Origin: a bacterium | GTDB lineage: Bacteria > UBA8248 | NCBI GenBank assembly: GCA_965199855.1 | Contig: OZ241326.1 | Span: forward strand, 1,312,001-1,376,000 | Length of the DNA stretch: 64,000 bases | Reading direction: 5' to 3' | Shown: one piece after another, positions 58,110-64,000 of the stretch | How positions within the stretch are numbered: position 1 is the first letter of the stretch | Layout: each line of letters starts with the position of its first letter | Program-made: the position numbers and the translations under genes | Notes under the pieces: generated by a model | What the model was told of the DNA's origin: nothing | Database searches by the model: none | The model's input: only the letters and a program-made list of their open reading frames with translations

Positions 58110-59099
58110 ATGCAGGAAAGAGCGGAAATCCGCAGCAAATACTGGCTGGCGCTTTTTCTGATCGCGGCCTACACGGTCCCCTTCGGGGTCGGGATTTATA
58201 CCGACAACGTCTTTTTCGACATGCAGTGGCTGGGGGATCTGACCACCGTCCTCCTGAACGGCGTCATGCAGGGCGGCGTCTACGCCATGTTCGCCGTGGG
58301 GCTCACGCTCATCTTCGGCGTCATGCGCATCATCAACGTGGCCCACGGCGAGATGGTGATGCTGGGCGCCTATCTCACGTGGGTGTTCTTCTTCTTCGTG
58401 GGCGTCGATCCCCTCCTGGCGCTGTTCCTCACGCTTCCCATCGCCTTCTGCCTCGGCATCGTGATTCAGAAGCTGCTCCTGAACGCGGTGGTGGGCGGAC
58501 CGGACCTCACGCCCCTGCTGATCACCTTCGGTCTGGGGCTGACGATGATCCACATCGTGGAGGCCATCTTCACCACGGACTACCGAACCATCCCCTACGC
58601 CCCGGACGCGCTCCAGGTCACCGAGACCATCGCGGTGGGCAGGAGCAAGATCATCAGCTTCGTGATGGCCGCCTTCATCTCCTTCACCGTCTTCTTCTTT
58701 CTCAAGCTGCACCGCATCGGCAAGGCGATACGCGCGACGGCGCAGAACGCCGACGTCGCCATGGTCTGCGGCATCAACATCTTCCACATCTACATGATCA
58801 CGTCGGGCCTGGGCGCGGCGCTCGCGGTGGCGGGCGGCGCGCTGGTGTCGATTCAGTTCGGCTTCAACCCGGAAACGGGCGTTCTCTACACCCTCCAGGC
58901 CTTCGCCATCATCGTGCTCGGAGGCAGGGGCCACTACATCGGCGCGCTCATCGGCGGGGTGATGCTGGCGGTCATCGAGAGCCTCATCTCCTTCATGATC
59001 CCCAACGGCACCGCCATGGTGGAAATCGCGTCCTACGGACTGATGGTATTCGTCCTGCTCATCAGGCCCCGCGGCCTGATGGGGCCGAGAGAAAACTAG
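58110..59099 (+). CDS. livH: Liv-type ABC permease (LivH-like)
   Basis: GLTLIFGVMRIINVAHG, GKAIRA, IIVLGG. Confidence 0.88.
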   Translation: MQERAEIRSKYWLALFLIAAYTVPFGVGIYTDNVFFDMQWLGDLTTVLLNGVMQGGVYAMFAVGLTLIFGVMRIINVAHGEMVMLGAYLTWVFFFFVGVDPLLALFLTLPIAFCLGIVIQKLLLNAVVGGPDLTPLLITFGLGLTMIHIVEAIFTTDYRTIPYAPDALQVTETIAVGRSKIISFVMAAFISFTVFFFLKLHRIGKAIRATAQNADVAMVCGINIFHIYMITSGLGAALAVAGGALVSIQFGFNPETGVLYTLQAFAIIVLGGRGHYIGALIGGVMLAVIESLISFMIPNGTAMVEIASYGLMVFVLLIRPRGLMGPREN

Positions 59100-59110
59100 G
59101 AGGCGCCTGA

Positions 59111-60049
59111 ATGGCCCAGAAAGAGCACATCCGCAACTTCGGGATGCTGGCCGCGTTCACCATTCTCCTGATTTACCTGCCGTGGCAGGTGAATCTGTAC
59201 CTGCGCTCCGTCCTTCTCTTCACGATGATGTACGTCGTCCTCTCCCTGAGCTGGAACATCATCAGCGGCTACACGGGCTACGTCTCCTTCGGCCACGTCA
59301 TGTTCTACGGCATCGGCGCCTACGCCACGGCCATCCTGGTGGTGGACTACGGCTGGCACTGGGTGCCGACCCTTTTCGTGGGCGTGCTCCTCTCCTTCGT
59401 CATCTCCCTGTGCATCGGGTATCCCGTCCTGCGCCTCAAGGGGCCCTATTTCGCCATCGCCATGCTGGGCGCCGCGGAGGGCACGCGCGTGGTGGCCACC
59501 GTGTGGGAGAGCCTCACGCACGGCGGCGAGGGAATCGGGCTGCCCAACGTGGAGAATTCCTTCGAGACCTATTTCGCCATGCTGGTGGTCATGCTGATCA
59601 CCATCGTCGTCTCCTACTGGGTGGGGCATTCGAGGTTCGGCATCCGGCTGAACGCCATCCGCGAGGACGAAATCGCCGCCGAGAGCCTGGGCATCAACAC
59701 CACGTTCTACAAGCTCTCCGCCTTCGCGCTCTCCGCCATCTTCCCGGCGGCGGCCGGGGGCATCCAGGCGTACAAGATTCTCTACATCGACCCCGAGACG
59801 GAATTCTTCATTCTCGTCAGCATCTACATGAAGCTCTTCGCCATGTTCGGCGGCAAGGGAACGGTGATCGGCCCCATCATAGGCACGTTCATCCTCTACA
59901 TCGTTCAGGAGATTACCTGGGTGAAGTTCCCCACGGCCCACCTCATCGCCTTCGGCATCTTCATCGTCCTCGTGGCGCGCTTCATGCCGCGCGGGCTGAT
60001 GGGGTTCGCCGTCGACAAGGGCTGGGCGCGCAAGGGGATGGTTCACTAG
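59111..60049 (+). CDS. livM: Liv-type ABC permease (LivM-like)
   Basis: SWNIISGYTGYVSFGH, RLKGPYFAI, AIREDE, GGKGT. Confidence 0.88.
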   Translation: MAQKEHIRNFGMLAAFTILLIYLPWQVNLYLRSVLLFTMMYVVLSLSWNIISGYTGYVSFGHVMFYGIGAYATAILVVDYGWHWVPTLFVGVLLSFVISLCIGYPVLRLKGPYFAIAMLGAAEGTRVVATVWESLTHGGEGIGLPNVENSFETYFAMLVVMLITIVVSYWVGHSRFGIRLNAIREDEIAAESLGINTTFYKLSAFALSAIFPAAAGGIQAYKILYIDPETEFFILVSIYMKLFAMFGGKGTVIGPIIGTFILYIVQEITWVKFPTAHLIAFGIFIVLVARFMPRGLMGFAVDKGWARKGMVH

Positions 60050-60070
60050 GAAGCGGAGTCGCGGCGGAAA

Positions 60071-60796
60071 ATGGCTGAAGCGGAAATCGCTCTCGACATT
60101 CAGAACCTCAAGAAGCACTTCGGCGGCATCAAGGCCGTCGACGGCTGCACCTTCCAGGTGCCCAGGGGCAGGATATCCGGCCTCATCGGGCCCAACGGCT
60201 CCGGCAAGACCACCACGTTCAACCTGCTCACGGGCGTTCTCCAGGCGGACAGCGGCTCCGTGTTCTACGGGGAAGAGGACCTCATGGGGCTGCGGCCCTA
60301 TGAAATTTTCAACAGGGGCATCAGCCGCACCTTCCAGATCACCCGCATCTACCGCGAGATGACGGTGTTCGAGAACATGCTCTCCGCCTCGAGCATGAAG
60401 ATGCCCGTGGGCGAGGCGCGCGAGCGGGCGGAGCAGCTCATGGAGTTCGTCACGCTCACGAAGCTGCGCGCCGAATACGGCGGCAACCTCTCCTACGGCC
60501 AGCAGAAGCTTCTCGAATTCGCGCGCGCCCTGATGACCGACCCGGACCTCATCCTTCTCGACGAGCCGGCGGCGGGCGTCAACAGAACCCTGCTGAACAA
60601 CCTGCTCGACCACATCCACCACCTCCAGGAGGAGCAGGGAAAGACGGTGCTCATCGTCGAGCACGACATGAACGTCATCATGAACCACTGCGAAAAGGTG
60701 TTCGTGCTGGACTACGGCGTGAAAATCGCCGAGGGCCTGCCCGAGGACATTCAGAAGAACGAAGACGTCATCGAAGCCTACTTTGGACACAGATAA
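60071..60796 (+). CDS. livG: Liv-type ABC ATPase (LivG-like)
   Basis: FGGIKAV, GPNGSGKTT, RTFQ, LSYGQQK, LDEPAAG, VEHDM. Confidence 0.9.
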   Translation: MAEAEIALDIQNLKKHFGGIKAVDGCTFQVPRGRISGLIGPNGSGKTTTFNLLTGVLQADSGSVFYGEEDLMGLRPYEIFNRGISRTFQITRIYREMTVFENMLSASSMKMPVGEARERAEQLMEFVTLTKLRAEYGGNLSYGQQKLLEFARALMTDPDLILLDEPAAGVNRTLLNNLLDHIHHLQEEQGKTVLIVEHDMNVIMNHCEKVFVLDYGVKIAEGLPEDIQKNEDVIEAYFGHR

Positions 60797-61507
60797 ATGG
60801 CGCTATTGGAACTGAAGGACGTCAGCGCGGCCTACGGCCGGATCCAGATCCTCCACGACGTGTCGCTCCACGTGAACGAAAACGAGGTGGTGGCCGTCAT
60901 CGGGCCGAACGGGGCGGGGAAGTCCACGACCTTCAAGATCATCATGGGCTTCATCAACTATCTGGGCGGCGAGATCGAGTTCGAGGGGCAGAACATCGTG
61001 GGCTACCGGCCGGATCAGATCCTGGGCCGGGGGCTGGGCTACGTGCCCCAGGGCCGCATCGTGTTCAACCAGATGACGGTCAAGGAAAACCTGGAGATGG
61101 GCGCCTACATCGAGCGCGATCAGGCGAAGATCAACGAGGCGATGGACTACGTCTTCACGCTCTTCCCGCGCCTCGGCGAGCGGCAGAAGCAGCTGGCGGG
61201 CACCATGAGCGGCGGCGAGCAGCAGATGCTGGCCATGGGCCGCGCCCTGATGACGCGCCCCAAGATGATCATGCTCGACGAGCCCTCCCTGGGTCTGAGT
61301 CCCCGCTTCGTGACCGAGGTGTTCGAGAAAATCGTGAGTCTCGCCAGGGAGATGACCATCATGCTCGTCGAGCAGAACGCCGCGCGCGCCCTGGAGATTT
61401 CGGATCGGGGCTACGTCCTGGAGCTCGGCAAGAACCGCTACGAGGGCGGCGGCCACGAGCTGCTGAACAACCAGGAAGTCAAGATGATGTATCTGGGCGG
61501 CGGCTGA
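60797..61507 (+). CDS. livF: Liv-type ABC ATPase (LivF-like)
   Basis: GPNGAGKST, MSGGEQQMLA, LDEPSLGL, VEQNA, YLG. Confidence 0.9.
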   Translation: MALLELKDVSAAYGRIQILHDVSLHVNENEVVAVIGPNGAGKSTTFKIIMGFINYLGGEIEFEGQNIVGYRPDQILGRGLGYVPQGRIVFNQMTVKENLEMGAYIERDQAKINEAMDYVFTLFPRLGERQKQLAGTMSGGEQQMLAMGRALMTRPKMIMLDEPSLGLSPRFVTEVFEKIVSLAREMTIMLVEQNAARALEISDRGYVLELGKNRYEGGGHELLNNQEVKMMYLGGG

Positions 61508-61529
61508 TCAGCCCCCCTCATCCGGCCGC

Positions 61530-61565
61530 GCCGCTCGCCCTCCCCGGGGCGGGCGGCTTTTCTTC
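61530..61565 (+). terminator. Intrinsic terminator after the Liv operon
   Basis: GCCGCTCGCCC...GGGCGGGCGGC followed by TTTTTCTT. Confidence 0.8.
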
Positions 61566-61782
61566 TGGAGACGGCGTATCTGACGCGCGTCAGGCATGGC
61601 GCTGCCTTTCTTTTCCGCGCCGCGCGGCGCCGCCAACCCTCCCCCGCGCCTGCGGCTTGCGGAGAATCCTCCGCCCGGGCGCCTGCTCCCGCCCCGCCGA
61701 AGCGCGGAGACCCTCCCCCGCGCTAGGCTTGCGCCCCGCCCCTGTGCTATAAGATGCTCCTCCGCCCGGGAGGGCTTCGCGC

Positions 61783-62433
61783 ATGATCCGCGTGAAGATT
61801 TGCGGGGTCACCACGGTGGAGGACGCGCGCTTCGCCCTGGAGTCGGGCGCCGACGCCCTGGGGCTGAACTTCGTCCCCGGAACGCCCCGATGCCTGGAGG
61901 CGGAGCGGGCGCGGGAGATCGCCCGCGCGCTGCCCCCCTTCGGGACGCGGGTCGGCGTTTTCGTGAACGAGACGCCCGCGCGCGTGGAGGAAGTCGCGCG
62001 CCTCGTCGGCCTGGACGCGGCGCAGCTGCACGGCGACGAGACGCCCGGGGACTGCCGCCGGCTCATCGGGCGGGGGCTGCGCGTCATTCGCGCCCTGCGG
62101 GTGCGGGGGCCTGAATCGATAGCGGAGATGGATGCGTTCCCCGGCTGCGCCATCCTGCTCGACGCCTATGTGGAGGGCGCGCGCGGGGGCACGGGCGAGA
62201 CCTTCGACTGGGAGCTGGCGCGGCGGGCGGCGCAGGCGCGGCCCATCATCCTCTCGGGAGGCTTGAGGCCGGAGAACGTGGCGGAGGCGGTGCGGCGCGT
62301 CCGGCCCTACGGCGTGGATTCGAGCAGCGGGGTGGAGGGCGCGCTTCCCGGCCGCAAGGACCCCGCGCGGGTTCTGGCTTTCGCGCGAAGCGCGCGCGCG
62401 GCGGCGTCGGAGCCCGAGGGAGCGGAAAGATGA
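61783..62433 (+). CDS. trpF: Phosphoribosylanthranilate isomerase
   Basis: [36 protein letters not shown]. Confidence 0.95.
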   Translation: MIRVKICGVTTVEDARFALESGADALGLNFVPGTPRCLEAERAREIARALPPFGTRVGVFVNETPARVEEVARLVGLDAAQLHGDETPGDCRRLIGRGLRVIRALRVRGPESIAEMDAFPGCAILLDAYVEGARGGTGETFDWELARRAAQARPIILSGGLRPENVAEAVRRVRPYGVDSSSGVEGALPGRKDPARVLAFARSARAAASEPEGAER

Positions 62434-63638
62434 GCGATCTGGTCTCCAGGGGAAGGTTCGGTCGGTTCGGGGGGCGCTATGTCCCGGAAACCCTCATGCC
62501 GGCGCTCGAGGAGCTGGAGGAGGCGTATCTTCAGGCGCGGGAGGACCCGGCGTATCACGCGGAGCTCGCCGATTATCTGCGGGAGTTCGCGGGCAGACCC
62601 ACGCCGCTCTATCCGGCCGGGCGCCTCTCGGATCATCTGGGCGCGCTCCGGGTCTATCTCAAGCGCGAGGACCTCTGCCACACGGGCGCCCACAAGATCA
62701 ACAACACCATCGCCCAGGCGCTTCTGGCCAGGAGGCTGGGGAAAAGCCGCATCATCGCGGAGACGGGGGCGGGCCAGCACGGGGTGGCGACCGCCACGGC
62801 CGCCGCCCTGTTCGGCATGGAGTGCGACATCTACATGGGCGAGGAGGACATCGGCCGCCAGGCGCTCAACGTGTTCCGCATGAAGCTTCTGGGGGCGCGG
62901 GTGGTTCCGGTCGCCTCGGGCAGCCGCACCCTCAAGGACGCCACGAACGAGACGCTGCGCGACTGGACGGCCTCGGTGCGGACGACCCACTACATCATCG
63001 GCTCGGTGGTGGGGCCGCACCCGTTTCCGGAGATGATACGCGATTTCCAGTCCGTCATCGGGCGGGAGGCGCGCGCGCAGATTCTCGAGGCGGAGGGCCG
63101 GCTTCCCGACGCCTGCGTGGCCTGCGTGGGCGGGGGGAGCAACTCCATCGGTCTCTTCCACCCCTTCCTGGAGGACGAGGAGGTCGAGCTCATCGGCGTG
63201 GAGGCGGGGGGGCGGGGGCTGGCCACCGGGGAGCACGGCGCCTCCCTCACCGCCGGCCGCGTGGGCGTTCTGCACGGCTGCGAGACGTTCCTGCTCTACG
63301 ACGACGACGGGCAGATCGTCCCGGCGCATTCGGTGTCCGCCGGCCTCGACTACCCGGGCGTGGGGCCCGAGCACGCCCACCTGAAGGATTCCGGGCGCGC
63401 GCGCTACGTGACGGTGGACGACCACGACGCGCTCAAGGCGTTTCAGCGCCTCTCGACGCTGGAGGGCATCATCCCCGCTTTCGAGAGCGCCCACGCGATC
63501 GCGCATCTGGACCGCATGGCCGAGGAGGCGAGGGAGGCGCGGACGGTCGTGCTCTGCCTCTCCGGCCGCGGGGACAAGGACGTTCATCAGGCCGAGGGGC
63601 TTTTGTCCGAAATGCTCGACGACGAGGACGCGCGCTGA
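62430..63638 (+). CDS. trpB: Tryptophan synthase beta chain
   Basis: [53 protein letters not shown]. Confidence 0.97.
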   Translation: MSDLVSRGRFGRFGGRYVPETLMPALEELEEAYLQAREDPAYHAELADYLREFAGRPTPLYPAGRLSDHLGALRVYLKREDLCHTGAHKINNTIAQALLARRLGKSRIIAETGAGQHGVATATAAALFGMECDIYMGEEDIGRQALNVFRMKLLGARVVPVASGSRTLKDATNETLRDWTASVRTTHYIIGSVVGPHPFPEMIRDFQSVIGREARAQILEAEGRLPDACVACVGGGSNSIGLFHPFLEDEEVELIGVEAGGRGLATGEHGASLTAGRVGVLHGCETFLLYDDDGQIVPAHSVSAGLDYPGVGPEHAHLKDSGRARYVTVDDHDALKAFQRLSTLEGIIPAFESAHAIAHLDRMAEEAREARTVVLCLSGRGDKDVHQAEGLLSEMLDDEDAR

Positions 63639-64000
63639 TGGGCGGCAGGCTGGAGGCGCGCTTCTCGCGCCTGCGCGCGCGGGGCCGCGCCGGCCTGTTC
63701 CCGTTCGTCACCGCGGGCGATCCCGACCTGGCGTTCACGCGGGAGCTGCTGCCGCTCCTGGCGCGCGCGGGTGCGGACGGCTTCGAGATAGGGGTTCCCT
63801 TCAGCGACCCCCTGGCGGACGGCCCCACCATCCAGCGCGCGAGCATGAGGTCGCTCGCCGGAGGAACGCGCCTGGGCGGCGTGCTGGAGATGGTGGGCGA
63901 GGTGCGGCCGGAGATTCCCGACGCGCCCCTCATCCTGATGACCTACTACAACCCCGTCGTGGCCATGGGCCTGGCGGAGTTCGCGCGCGGCGCCTCGACC
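63638..64000 (+). CDS. trpA: Tryptophan synthase alpha chain (5' part, runs off the window)
   Basis: ATG overlaps the trpB stop (TGATG); FVTAGDP, EIGVPFSDPLADGPTIQ, LMTYYNP. Confidence 0.94.
   Translation, partial: MGGRLEARFSRLRARGRAGLFPFVTAGDPDLAFTRELLPLLARAGADGFEIGVPFSDPLADGPTIQRASMRSLAGGTRLGGVLEMVGEVRPEIPDAPLILMTYYNPVVAMGLAEFARGAST

Noticed and set aside
651-63587. Many long antisense or alternate-frame ORFs (e.g. 21346-24744 minus, 31022-34441 plus, 30573-33926 minus, 54304-56889 minus)
   Set aside because: They shadow well-supported genes, are Arg/Gly/Pro/His-rich without motifs, and are expected from stop-codon scarcity at high GC
1-64000. Prophage, integrase, IS transposase or rRNA genes
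   Set aside because: No supporting motifs found on either strand

Overview
GC-rich bacterial chromosomal window (roughly 70% GC by eye) made mostly of housekeeping and heterotrophic-metabolism genes. It carries a pgeF-yggS-proC-yggT-divIVA-(yggU remnant)-mtnA cluster, tRNA-Asp and tRNA-Ala, three ABC importer loci (NitT/TauT-type, peptide/nickel-type, and Liv-type with a duplicated binding protein), a CoA-transferase, E1 alpha/beta and a separate E3, an RND pump, queF, a lone xanthine-dehydrogenase-family Mo subunit, class II ribonucleotide reductase nrdJ, an acyl-CoA dehydrogenase, a Fic protein, an Fe-S oxidoreductase, dacB, recJ, moaDE and trpFBA (trpA cut by the window edge). The ORF track misses or splits several things. 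(1) Two likely selenoproteins with in-frame UGA: an AhpD/CMD-fold protein with CxxU next to the Mo enzyme, and a signal-peptide-bearing peroxiredoxin-like protein with UxxC. Both have a SECIS-like hairpin with CTC at +19..21 and a loop G at +22. (2) A periplasmic di-heme peroxidase/cytochrome c/beta-propeller operon of unknown function. (3) A twice-repeated 25-nt motif plus covarying hairpin downstream of nrdJ. (4) A perfect parS site, plus NrdR boxes and DnaA-box-like 9-mers at the nrdJ promoter. (5) An orphan M.EcoRV-like methyltransferase. (6) GTAG-type REP palindromes. (7) At least six eroded or frameshifted genes. Gene order and content would fit a Nitrospinota/Tectomicrobia- or deltaproteobacteria-like, possibly host-associated organism, but that is only an inference. 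All calls come from reading motifs by eye; no database searches were run.
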